Shown here in pieces: positions 23,477 to 36,201 of a stretch of DNA of 64,000 nt. The notes under the pieces are model-generated. The model saw only the letters and a list, made by a program, of their open reading frames with translations, was not told where the DNA came from and did not search any database. The position numbers and the translations under genes are program-made. Source of the DNA: Amphiscolops sp. MND2022 (taxonomy: Eukaryota); contig OZ076409.1 of the NCBI GenBank assembly GCA_964187785.1, forward strand, positions 90,956,001 to 91,020,000. The letters are read 5' to 3'. Position 1 is the first letter of the stretch; each line of letters opens with the position of its first letter.

Positions 23477-23695
23477 TGTTTCCTGGACAGGTGAGGGCGG
23501 TTTCTGGTTCTCTTGGTTTTCTGTGGTCGAAAAACCATGGCCGGTCTGTCTCTTTTTGGTAACTATCTCCGCGGAGTCATCTTTGGCATAGGCTTTTCCA
23601 TACTTTGTTTTCCACTGCTGACGAATTTTGATCTCTTTCTCACACGCTTCTGTCCATCTGTTCTGCGAGGTAGCGTCTCCGGCTTCACGGCCCAT
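23477..23695 (-). CDS. SPMIP1: SPMIP1/ATP6V1FNB-like ciliary or sperm microtubule inner protein, exon 1
   Basis: ATG 23695; MGREAGDATSQNRWTEACEKEIKIRQQWKTKYG resembles, from recall, the N-terminal W..E.......W..KYG pattern of the family. Donor aca|gtaaga, phase 0. Confidence 0.7.
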
Positions 23696-24229
23696 GTTTA
23701 ATTTTATCGCTAACTTCTATAATGAATCTTTATTAGCTATAATCAATTATAAACTGGTTATAAATAAAGCAGTCTTCTATAAGAGCTGCTGTGAAGTATT
23801 TTCTGTGATGTTGGTAAGTGAAGATTTAAACGAGCACGTTCTTCTTTCAGCGATGAAGCGAAGACACGCGGCCGTAGTCAGTATTCAGGAGCGCTGGTCG
23901 ATGTATGAATTATTGAGATGAAAAACGCACAGTAAAAAAAAATCTGGTTTTTTATTAATGCCGTGGAGCTGTTTCCATGAATTTGGTTTCTAGTGATGTC
24001 TCGTCTCCTTTATTCCTTAAATGGAAATAACACCTGACTCGTCTGTTTGAGATGATGTATATTAAGCTTATATTTAGTATCAATTTTAATTCCCATTTAA
24101 GCATGACTTCAGTAGAAAAATAACACTAATCAATGACAAAAACGCAGCAAATCAAGTTGACAATTGAAAAGTTTTAGTAAATAAGCTTGCTCTAATTTTA
24201 AAATGTTCTAATTGAGGCAGTTTGAAAAA

Positions 24230-25784
24230 TCAAATTGTGGACTCTACTGAATGTCTTTTTAAAACTTCAGTTGGGTGTCTTCCCATTGTTAGAGATCCCC
24301 CGAGGCAGTAACTCGTAGAGACACCCTGTAAACTGGGGCTGATTCGGACCTTTCCGGACCCGTAAGTTGTGTAGTATCCACTCGAAGAGGGGCCTAGACA
24401 GCTCCGTCGCTGATACGTGGCAAAGTTGGAGTACGGGGGTTGTCTGTGGTACTTCATGGGTACTGCGTAGGTTTGATTCCGTCTCAGGGGTATCTCAGGT
24501 GCATGGCTGGATCCGCCTGGCGCACTTGGTTTGCGATAAACAGCCGACAGAGCCGTTAGTTCCGTGGGGCAAGATGAGTCATCACTTTGGCCGACGGTTG
24601 AATAAGGGTACTGGTTGCAGTACTGAGATAAGGGGTACATATCATTAGTAAGGCCCCCTGCGGGGAATGACGAATCGAATGCACTGTATACTGCATGTGG
24701 CATCGTGCCCCCACTAGACGCTGAGTTTATTTGCCACCAATTGGGTGGGTTTGACGTCACGTGTTCTGAATCTGTTGGCGACGAAGGCCCTTGGAACTCG
24801 AGATTTTTATCGAATACGTGAAGCTGCAAAAGTCCGCCCAACTTTTCTGAAATTTGTGAAAATGTGATTCTTTTGCTCGGAGTGGCATGCCAGCACTCCT
24901 TCATGATGAAGTACAACGGTTCCGGGCAATTTTTTGGCTTGCCCATTCTGTATCCAGTTTTGAGCAAATCAAATAACTTCTCTACCGGTACACTGGGGTA
25001 AGGGTTTCCTCCCAATGTTAAGATTTCCCACAATGTGACACCGAACGACCAGACATCGCTTTGCGAAGTGTAAACTCTGTCAAACAGAGCTTCTATGGCC
25101 ATCCATTTCACTGGCAATCTACCATCTGTAGTTTTCCTGTAGTATTCAATATACTGTACATCTCGGGCCAAACCAAAATCGGCAATCTTCATGACGTAAT
25201 CGCGAGCAACCAAAATATTACGAGCTGCCAAATCTCTGTGAACACACTTTTTCTCTTCTAAATACTCCATGCCTTTGGCAATTTGGAATGCATAAGATAT
25301 TAAGTCTCTATAGGTCAAAATCTTCGTTTCATGCTCATGAGTTTGGACATTCCCAGGTCTACGATCTCGGAGAAACTCCCGTAGGTTCCCGTACTCAGCA
25401 TACTCTACTACAACCCACAGAGGTCCGTCACGAGAGCACACCCCTAAAAGGTTGATAATATTTTCATGACTTCCGATGTTTTTCATGACCTCTGTTTCTG
25501 ACAATAAATCCATCAGTTCGCGGTCAGTTCCATCTTCTCGTAGCATTTTAATGGCTACCCGCGTTTCTTTTTCATCGCCAAATAAATCTTGCGCAACTCC
25601 CGACATCACTTTGCCAAATGCCCCGGATCCCAGCTCCTCGCAAAGGGTCAGTTTCGCGCGTGGAAATTCCCAATACTCGTCAACTGGTACTGTTATTTGC
25701 GGCAGAAATCGAGCCATTTGTGAATGAAATGCAGAGTTGCCGAAGTATGAGTTTCTTGGAGAAGATTCCAAAGGTGATTGCGGG
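24230..25784 (-). CDS. FGFR: FGFR-like tyrosine kinase domain and C-terminal tail (joined product about 881 aa)
   Basis: Acceptor catttcag|c, phase 2. [27 protein letters not shown] and [28 protein letters not shown], an FGFR-type activation loop. Confidence 0.95.
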
Positions 25785-26108
25785 CTGAAATGACATGTTT
25801 TTAAATTCATTACAATTTAAATACACTTTATATTTAATTTAGAGTTATGAAATTATGAAATGTGCGGGTTAGGGTTAGTGTTTTAGAGAAAGCCTATAAG
25901 GAAAACTAGGTTAAGTTACATTTGTAACTTCATTGTTCGAAGTCCCATGATTAATAAATCTATTAAAATGGCCTAAGCTCATCAGTGGACAGCGATGAAT
26001 TGGAAGATGGATGAAAAAATTGATCAACAAATTGTCGCCTTTTCAAAATGAGATGAATTGACGCTTGGGACGAATTGTCGCTTTACGGTTACAATAGGCC
26101 AAACTCAC

Positions 26109-27000
26109 TTGCTGTTAGTCTTTGACTCTGCCAACCGTGGTCCTGTCTCGGGGCTTTGACATCTTTGTCTCATGGCAAACGTCATCACTTTTTCACGCTT
26201 GTTTCTGCGAAGTCGGGTTGCGCATTTATACACAGTCAATAAAGAAAATGCGGCCACGATAAAACAAAAAATAATATAAACCAGGAGATACTTTTCCTGA
26301 AACGGAAGATGGGCATGTCTGTGGTCTTGGTCTGACAAGTTATCAATGAATGATGTTTGAATCTTGGAAGAGTTGCTAGAATCAGGTAGAACTTCATCTC
26401 GAATATTCGCATCTTTGCTCTTTGAGGAATCCAACGTTATAACATGATCCATGGGGTTTGGCTTGACAATGATATTAAAATGGGGAACGTAGTTGAACCC
26501 AAAGTTGTTTTTGGCAACTACGAAGTATGTCCCATTGTTGGCCATTGTAACTCTGGATATCTTGAGGACCAGCTCCTTCGACTCAACGAAACTATTTTTG
26601 AGCCAGGGAACGAACCAGTAAATTGAATACTCACCCGAGAAAGGGTGCGTTTTTATATCGCCACATTTAATGTTCAAAGGTTCCCCTTCGAAAACAACAG
26701 TGTCCTCGCAATTTTCTGTCTTGAGCCCATAAAAAGAGGGTTTAAGCAAATCTTGTGTGTTTCCAGCATGCACATAGCATCCTCCTTTGCTCGTTTGTCC
26801 TCTGTATTCGCAACTATAGCACCCGGAATGTTCGATCAGAGTGTAGTTTTTGATCACAAGTTTCGCTTCCTCTTTTGGTGTTGGGTCAATTCTCAGAATT
26901 CTCGAGTTCGACTCGCCAAGAGGAATCGCTCTCTGGTTGTAGGACCAGGTCACTTCTGAAGTTATGCCAGTTGAACCAGGACAGCAATCAATTGGTACAT
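26109..27000 (-). CDS. FGFR: FGFR-like receptor: two Ig-like domains, transmembrane helix and juxtamembrane region
   Basis: Acceptor ttttcacag|. Ig motifs C...W...HSGCYSC and C...W...NNGTYFVVAKN; TM segment YLLVYIIFCFIVAAFSLLTVY followed by basic residues. Donor aa|gtgagt, phase 2. Confidence 0.85.
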
Positions 27001-30000
27001 CTGTGAAAATAACGTTGCATGAAAGCTTATGCCAAAACTTTAATATATATACCGAGGTATCACATCAATTGCTCCAAAGTTTTTCATTGTTGCGGAAACT
27101 TTCACTTTATTGTTTTCCAACATTTTGATCTATTTCAGTAAATATTGTCACACAAAATGGCTCGAAACAGAAAACCGAGACGGATTACACACACCACTTG
27201 AGAGTAAAATACCTTTTGGTCGCAACTCGATCTACAGCGCTATAACTCGGAGATTTTTCAGTGGAAAGGAGAGAACCTTTAGTTTCAATCATATTATGAT
27301 AAACCATTGATTCCGCATTGATTGAGAAAAAAGTTTTTCATGATTGATAAACTGATGTTAACACTCATGTTCTTGAAAGTTAGATGAAAGGAACTTTTCT
27401 GAAGAACGTTGACGGAAACATTAATGTTGATTAGTAGAAATAAAACAGATTTTTCAGTTGGCGCTCCATGAAGTGAAACGCGACTAATAGTGACTTTTTT
27501 CAACGAACTGACCAAAATAGTTCGTTCTACAAAATTTTAAGGCGCCAAATTGGACTATTTGGTCCAGGGAACTGAGCTATAATAGTCGTTCCTTTTTTAG
27601 CGTAATATACAAAACCGTACGAAACCAAAACTTTTTTCGAAAATTTTTGAATGCCTCTAAAGGGTCCCCCTTCAATTATTTTTGATATTTTGCAACAGGA
27701 AGGATGTCAACAAATCCCAAAGGGCGCGCCAGTTCGGTCCAACATTTGGGTTTTTGGGTACTGTAGAAGAGAATACTTGACACTTCTGAAGTCCTTGTGC
27801 TATTTTTGAGCCTGAGGAATGAAGCCGACGTATGCCTTTCACGGCTTGGCTCGTTCAGAATAAAAGCATCACAAACACCGAAGGGAGCCGTTTGTGAGAC
27901 CTCAATTTTTCGAAAGTCGCACAATGCAAAATGAAATAACATATGGCTGGAAATCCGATTCAGTATGTTAAAAATGAAAAGCAGGGCCCTTCTAATTATT
28001 TTCGCATTTGAAATTGTTAATTGTTTCTGTATTTTGGTATTTGGCATTGTCACTTCGACCGGATTGAAAAAAAAACGACGAAAAGCTACTATGATTCCCA
28101 CGGGTAGCTGAATAAAAAATTGAACTCAATCCCCAGACATTTGTCATCATTCACACGTGTGTATACGTTATGCGAAGTTGAAACTCAGATTGTTCGGTTG
28201 GAATCAGTAGGACTTGTGTTTTTTGACCCACAGCTCGAGAGTCAAGGGTAATTTTGAACAAGTGATGGAGGTCAGGTGCAACTAGGCTGAAATTTTTCTT
28301 AGATCTTATGTTTCTCCGACTTCTTCTATTTAACTGAAATTTTTCGAAAACGAAACCAGTTTTCCTTGTCGTAGGCCACAAATGTACAACAGTACGGTAC
28401 CAAAAATTTACTCACATCTAGTAATTGAAATTTCTTAATTGATTTGCAAGAAAAACAAGACGCCCACTGAGCAGCGAGATATTTTCCGCCCGAACTGTTC
28501 TACAACTACATAAATTTGAGGCTCAAGGATAACTAATGCACTATAAAAACGCTAAGAAGTTCGGAAAAAGGAAGCTTCGATTTATCTTTGCCCAGTTGTG
28601 AAGGAAACACCTTTATTTTAGTATTTCTGCGATAGCTGGCCAGAATTTTTTCGTAATTTCGACACTATGCGACTTACCGAGTGAAATTTTTCATTTTTTT
28701 TCGAAAAATATTTTTTGCAATTTTTAGTTTTTGAGGTTTTCTGTGAAAGAAATAAGTTTCCCGAGTCTTACGGGTGACCTTTCCGTTACTTTTAATCACG
28801 TGGAACTGATGAAGTCTCTTATTGACTGTTAAAAATACATCATTTCAGATTTTTTCAGCTCCGTGCCTCTTCCCGAAATTTTCATTTGGTCAAAGCGTAC
28901 CCCCTTGATTTCATAGCTGATTTCGGCATCAAAAAAGTAGTTTGTGAGCTGAAACTTGTTCCGCCTTCATAGATTTTACCGAAAAAAAAATCGAAAATAT
29001 GGCGTTCTGAAAATCTTGTTGGGAAAAAAGTGGTTTCCAATCTCAGGAGTATTTATTGGGATTACTTTTGGCACTGAGAAAATAGTTTAGGCTTGAAACT
29101 AGGTCATTTGCAAGTTTAAGGAACTTGCGCGGTCCCTGGTTGGTATATTTTTGCACATAGTTTCATCAAAGGTGTCAAAAACTGGAAATTTTTCTGATAA
29201 CTTTGGGATCAATTTGAGGAACTGTTCTAACATGAATCTACAGATGTCTTTTCACAAATAGGCCTACTGGACACCGAGTTTAGTTGTTGTTTATTGCTTA
29301 CACCATTCTAACCCACGATATAGCTTGAAACATTTTCCTTTGGAAGGTGTTCTCCATAGCTATTGTTTTTGCTTGAAGCTTATTAAAAATTCAAGACTTG
29401 ACAATTAAGGTCGAAGTGTACGTTTTCAAGTAAAGTTTTTGAAAGTTGAGCAAATTTTTCTTAAAATTGTACAAATAGTTATCTGAGATCTTTTTGAAAC
29501 ACTACCGATAGCTAAACGTTTCAATCCGGAACCCATGGGTTTTCTGATTGATGTAAGATTTCGGAAATGGTCCAGAATTGGCGCTATGTTGTCGAAAATT
29601 GAGGAAAATCGGAACTTTTGACACCTTTGTTCTAAATTCGACTAACTTCATCCTACGTTTCCCCCAAATTGCGTTGTGAATACCCTTTTGTTCCAACGCT
29701 CGGGTCAATGGAAGTTCTATTCTACAAAAATATTCTTGGTTGGACAAAAAATAAGAATAATTTGTCAAAAAACGTGCGTTTTGGTTGAATGGATTTTGGG
29801 GTGCTTTGAGACCAATTCCAACCAAAAATTGCAAATATATCTTCAAAATAGCCTACCGGATACCAGGATTAACCCTTGTTGACATTGTTGAATCCTTAAA
29901 ATTTTTTTATGCCACTCAATAATTGTACAAAAACTGCCTAAAATGTAAAAACACTTTGAAAGTTTTCTTTTTGCATTATTTGGGTCTTTCTGAGGAAACT

Positions 30001-30559
30001 CCCTGCCACAAAAGATGTGAATTTCTCTTTAAAAACGTGCTGTGGATCTAGTTTAATCATCTAGAGCTATTCGGAGCTTTCGTCTTACAATTTTCCAATC
30101 TCAACAAAATTCACTGAAACTGTCAGCAAAACTCTGACTTTTCGACTTTTTGTGGTCAGGTTTGAGCCATTTTTGAACCAAGTCTGCAAATAATTCTCTA
30201 AAGGCCGACTGAAATAAACGTTCAATCCTTGTTGAACCTTTGCCATCGTTCTGAATCCAAAACGCTTCAAAATGTAGACATGAGTTGCTTAAAAACGATG
30301 ATGTTGAAAGCAAAAAAATGTTGGTGTTTTTGAAGCAAAACGCTGCTACGTTCACTTCAAAAAATATATTGCAAAGCTCGTTCTTTCGTTGTTGAGCGTT
30401 ATGGAATTAATAACCAAAACTTTCGGGAATTGTACGGAAATTGCTTCAAAAACGACAAAATCGTCGAATTTTTCGACTACTTCAAGGTCAATTTCAAGCA
30501 CTTTTGAATTAGAAATTGTTCTTATCTGTTGTCGAAAGCTTACAGAGACAACAACTTTC

Positions 30560-32120
30560 TCATTGTTTAGGGGTTTTAACATTCTAGTTCACAAAATCTA
30601 TCGATAGTTTGGCAAAAATTGAAGAAAATTGATGAAAATTGAAAATTTTGAAATTTTTCCTTTTTCGATGACAATTCCAGACATTTTTCATTTGAAAAGC
30701 TGCATTTATCGTTCCACTAAGCATACGGGACAACATTTGTTCCTTGTGGACCCTTTCCAACATTCCAATCTCCGGAGTTTGTTGAAAATTTTAAAGAAAA
30801 ACTGCATAAAACTTTGAAAATCGAAAAATTTTGGGATTTTCGTCAATTTCGGTGTCAGGTTGAGACTTTTTCATTCAAAAAACTGAAACTATCTCATCCT
30901 TAAAGACTACCAGACATTAAACGGCCACCTTGGTGAACGGTTTTCTAATTCCAATCTACGCAGTTTGTCGAAATCGTAACAGAAATTGCATAAAAACATT
31001 GAAAACAGGAAAATTTTGGGATTTTGTCGTTTTTGGTGCCAACTTGAGATTTTCTTCATCTTTAAAACTGCATTAATTTCTTCAGAAAAACTTTTTGGAC
31101 AAATACTGTTCCTTGCTTACGCTTCGCAACATTCTGATCTACGAAGTCTGTCGAAAATGTGACAGAAATTGCATTGAAAATTCGAAAAATAGAAAGTTTT
31201 GGGTATTTTGTCACTTTCGGTTTCAATTTGAGACCTTTTTCATTTAGAAAATAGAAATCATCTTTTCGGAAAAGCCTACTGGACACCTAATACGGGCCAC
31301 TTTGACCGTTTTCAACATTTTAATCAACGAAGTCCTACTAAAATTCGACAAAAATTGAATAAAATCGTTAAAAATCGGGAAATTTTTGGAATTTTGGTCA
31401 TTTATTCGGTCAATTTTCTCTGACAAAACCGCCTTTATCTCTTCCTAGAAAACTATTGGATAACAACATCGTGCCTTGTTGAACGTTTGCAACATTCTAA
31501 TTTGCGATGTTTTTAAAAAAATTGACAAAAAAAACATTTGAAAACGGTAAAAATTGAGAAATTTTGGAGTTTTTGTTTTTTTTTGGGGCCAATTTGAGAT
31601 GTTTTTCATTAAGAAAACTGCAATAAATTCTTTCGAAAAGCCTACTGGACTAATACGTTTTCCTTGCTGTCGCTTCTCAACATTCTAATCTTCGAAGTCT
31701 GTCGAAAATTTGACAAAAATGCATTTAAAAATTTGAAAAACGGAATGTTTTGGTTTTTGTTATTTTCGGTATCAATTTGAGACCTTTTTCATTTGGAAAA
31801 AAGCAATTATCTTTTCTGAAAAGCCTACCGGGCAGCAAATGCGTGCCATGTTGAGCGTTCTCAACATTTTAATTGAAGAAGTATGTCGAAAATTTGACAA
31901 AAATTGCTCAAAATTGTTAAAATCCCAGAAAAATTTGGAATTTTTGTCAATTTTCTGGTACAAAATCGCATTTATCTCTTCCATAGAAGACTATTGGAGA
32001 ATAAATTCGTGCCCTGTTGAACGTTTTCAACATTCTAATCCGCGGTGTCTCTCCAAAAAATGACAAAAATTGCATAAAAACGTTAAAAAATTGAGAAATT
32101 TGGCAATTTTTGTCATTTTC
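30560..32120. repeat. Degenerate tandem array, roughly 175-190 bp period, about 8-9 units
   Basis: Recurring acatt(c/t)(t/c)aat...gtcgaaaatttgacaaaaattgcat motif near 30578, 30760, 30946, 31129, 31315, 31491, 31680, 31864 and 32029. Confidence 0.7.
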
Positions 32121-33677
32121 GGGGTCATTAAGGGGTCATTTTCGTCATTTTAAAAAAATTTCCAAAAATCTCTACAAATAGATATCGCACGAAGCTAAAT
32201 TTATGTGAGTTGAATTCTATGGGTAACACCCTTAAAGTTAAACATAAATAAATTCTTGGCAATTTTGGAAAAAAAAACCGTTTGATTTAAATATTTTCCT
32301 TTCCCATATATGAAATATGGGCGGAAAATAACAAATGCTGTACAAACTCAGGGTTCAGTTGTTGTTTCTCAAGTTTTTCGTGATCAAAGTTGTTACCACA
32401 GACACCCTAATTTAATAAACGTGAGTTCAATGTGCTGTTTTCAGCAGTTTTGCAGTTCTTAGTTTGATCATCAACTTGAAAATTTCCTATTGTTTTTCTC
32501 TGTAATGATCTCAAAAACAGAGCAATATAGATATCTCAGCATCCTCTATTTCATCTATGCCACAACAATGCGGAAACATTCAAAAAATTGCAAACAAGAG
32601 TATTAAGTGTTAGTTTAGACCATCAATTTTTAATTAGACCGTCGTTGCAAATTAACCTCAGCAAATAAGGTTTGAATTAAATCTCAGCCGCTTTTGCCAA
32701 GAATCGAGGGCATGTAAGTTGGTTCTGACAGGGTTGTCACACCAAGCCGATCAGGTTATGAAAATTCCTACTCTAATTTTAGACAGAAAAAATTGTAACG
32801 AAAACTTTTTGTCTGACTACAGACCACCGACTGAATTTTCCCTTCTCACAGACTTTTAGCCTAAGATCTAAAAGCATTCAAAGGCTTCTTGCCCCCTTAT
32901 TTTAACCAAAACTTTTGACACTAGTGCAATGAAGATTGTCGTGACTTTTAGACAAATGATAGTATTCAAAGCCAGTAAGTAACATCAAATCGGATCAGAG
33001 ATTCCTCAAAAAAGTTATGAAAATCACCTAAAAGGTTTGTATTACTATCATCATGGTTTATTGATTGTCATCAGATTATCATCATCAATGGTAAAAATCA
33101 ACGCTAATGAATCCTAGAAGCTTTAGGTGTTTGACATATGATTATAAATATACGCTCTCTATTGTTCAAAATGAAACCTACGCCGTTCAAAACGAAACCT
33201 GCACCTATCGTTTTGCCGAATAACACCCTCTGAGCACTAAAAGTTTTTATTCCTGACTGAAAATAACAAATCAAAGAAGGGAACTTTTGGTGAAATTTAA
33301 AAAGTTTCAGCAAAAGTTGCACAGTGCCGAAAAAACACAAATAGGACCTCTTTTGGGCTCAAAGGAGCATTTTCTCACCTCAAAATGTCAAATAAACAAA
33401 GAAACCCTTTGGAGAAATGAAAAATATTCCGAAAAACAATTGTTTCATAGGTGATGTGAAAATGTGAACTCAAAGGAAGATGCTTTAGCCTGCGTTAGTA
33501 CAATTTAGTTCTTAGGCTACAAGATTTTATATCGGCTGTTTAGTCGCATTCGTGTCTATCTTGACGAAAAAAGTATTAGTCTTGCGATTTTAGCACCGAC
33601 TAAAAAAATACTTCAGAGCCTGAATTCAATTCGGTTAACCCATTAACTAAAAATCCCTTACAAAAAGGATTTCTTAC

Positions 33678-33876
33678 CTTTAGAAATGGCGTAAATTTCT
33701 CTTCTTGTTTTGATGCCGAAATGCTCGCATTTTGCCTCATAGATTTCGAATAAATGTTGGATCATCGTATTGTTTTCCAGCCAAGGTACACCCAAAAAAC
33801 GTAAATCCATTTTTGCCGACGCCAGTATTGAAAATTTAAATAAAATTGATAAAATTGGAGGTAAAAGAAGGTTCAT
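33678..33876 (-). CDS. FGFR: FGFR-like receptor, predicted first coding exon with signal peptide
   Basis: MNLLLPPILSILFKFSILASA is signal-peptide-like. Strong donor aaag|gtaaga in phase 1 matches the phase-1 acceptor at 27000. Extra exons in the 6.7-kb intron cannot be excluded. Confidence 0.6.
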
Positions 33877-35475
33877 ATTGCAAATAAATTATGCTAAATT
33901 GGTGATTAATATTTGGTAAGCGGTTTTGATTCAATCAAACGGTGTAAATGGGTTATTGTTTAAGGGCGACGGAATAAGCAAAGGGGGGGGGATAGAAAGC
34001 TACGTGGGTTCTCATAATGTTTTCGATTTCAAACAGCGGTTGACGTATGCGAAAACCAACAAATGAGAATCGCCATGTGAAGCGCTGAAAAGTTTCGATA
34101 ATAAAACCTCATTAACAACAAATGTTTGGTAAATACATGTCAAAATGTGTGTTGCTCAGGCACAGCCGCGCAGACGGGATAATGTATGAGTTCAAACAAG
34201 CAATTTCAGTTGATAACAATTCAATTTCACCACTTTCTGCGGCGGCGGCGGAGACGACGAAGACAATTGCAACGGAAAGTATAGGTTGTGATATTACGGG
34301 ACGAAATGTCCACCGCTGATCAAGGGTTGAATCAAGGCAAAACGGCTGCTGCTGCTGCTGCTGACTCTACAAGCACCGACCGACACAAGCGCCCGTGGCC
34401 AGATCAGAGTCAATGGTGCAGCTGAAACTGGGAAGCTAAGTTGGAATTAGCAGAGCAGAAATGTAAACACGCAAGTAGTTATACAAGTCTCAGGTACAGC
34501 TAACAACATATCAAATGTCTTCCTCAAGTATTACATTATTGCCCAACAGCTCTAGGGCTATCATATACCCCCCTTCCTCTGTTCTGTCCTGGGAAGAAAG
34601 ACAATTGCGGGTTACAACTTGGGGGGGGGGGTTATGGTTTGAAGTGTTCGGGGAATGGGGGGTTGTGGTGTTTAGTCTGCTGGGGGGTTATGACAATGGA
34701 GTGTGGGAAGATTGCAAACGAGGAAGAGGTGATCGCGTTTGTTTGCCAGTTAGTTTTGTGTCTCGCAGCGTAATAATGATAGTGTTGTAGTGAAAGTGTT
34801 TACCTAATCTGCAATAGCACTTCCGCTATCCTAGAAAATTTCAGCTTGCTTTCAAAACCCGATTATTTATGATTGTTTTGTAGCAAATGCGGGCACTAAT
34901 GTTAAGCGCATGAAGATCCTATGTGTTTCTGGGGCAGTTGTATTTGAACCACTATCCCTCACTGAAAGCAATAACAAACAATTGTAATCCGCTGATCCTG
35001 AACGCTTTTGAATTAGTTAAAAACCCGTTAGAGCGTCACATTTATTCAATTTTCTCAAATAATTGACACGTTCTTTGTCTCTATGTTATACCGATGAAGC
35101 TGTGAATTCGAAAACAATTCCAGGCTAATTTGAATAAAAAATGAAGTAACGAAATCAAAGATATTTGACCAGCTCGACAATATAATCAATATGTTCACAG
35201 TATTTAGCAAGTTGCTTCTATCGGTAGCTTCCATGCATTCAACTCTTAATTTTCATGTTGTCAATCTCAAATGTTTCCTTTTAAAATATTTCGAGTGAAA
35301 GACAGTAATACCCCAAAGTTCCAATGGCTAAAGTTCTAACCCCCATGACTAAATGGGTTTTTGAATATGATTCAGCTTTAAAAAAATTCCGTGGATGTTT
35401 CTACTTTGATATTTTGTTGAGAAATCTTGAATCAATAGAAATGGCTTTGCCAACCTTTTTACACGTCCAAAATTG

Positions 35476-35876
35476 TGTTAACCCATCAAAAATATCAAGG
35501 GACAAAATATCAGCAATCATAATATCAGGGGACAAACAACCATAAAATGAAAATAGCGGACAGTCTAAATACCACGGGGACAAAATACCAGACCTAATTA
35601 ATGACGCGTGAAACTAACTCATCGGCGTGACCGAATTAGACAATTGAGCAAAGTTAACGAAGTTTTTCATTCATCATGTAGTAACAATATTTGTTGCATA
35701 ACTCGGCTTTCCTCCTTTCGTGGCGATTCACGCCCCTTCGTCAAAACCAGCCGCTGATCAGAAATGGCACGTCGCTCCACTTCGCTTCGCTCCTTCATTC
35801 AGGGAACTATGTGAATACCACTATGCTGGTATTTCCTCCCTATGGTATTTTATCCCTTGGTATTTTGTTGTGACAC
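35476..35876. mobile_element. Foldback/Mutator-like MITE
   Basis: gggacaaaatayca-type repeats on the left, inverted tggtattttatccc-type repeats on the right; 9-bp direct flanks ccaaaattg (35467-35475, 35877-35885). Confidence 0.65.
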
Positions 35877-36043
35877 CCAAAATTGAAACGATTACCCTCT
35901 TCTGAGCAACGAATTGAAACTTGATAGTTTGTGCATGCCTTTCTTTGCTGTTTTGGACAGTTGAAAAGTTGTTAAATTTTGAATGTCAAAAATGTATTTC
36001 ACTTTTGACCTAAATGTTACAAAACGCTGGAATCACGGAGCGA

Positions 36044-36201
36044 TTTCATTTTTTGTTGAGAGAATTTAGACTTCTCTCGGATTTTGAGTTGTTGAGCTTT
36101 CTTTTTTCCTTTTTTTTACAATTTGCTAGCCGAAAGTCCGCCCTAGATTTTTTGATACTTTTCTTCATGAATGTAAGGTTTTTACAAGAGAAGGGGATCT
36201 A
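36044..36201 (+). repeat. 158-bp direct repeat, duplicated at 42147-42304
   Basis: Identical by eye on both sides, each copy abutting a Gypsy LTR. Confidence 0.95.

Noticed and set aside
25866..25880. gggttagggttag telomere-like motif
   Set aside because: Only two units inside an intron; too short to be meaningful.
28151..28381. Possible extra FGFR exon (minus ORF with a tttcag acceptor near 28287)
   Set aside because: No Ig-like motifs and no donor in the phase needed to join the exon starting at 27000.
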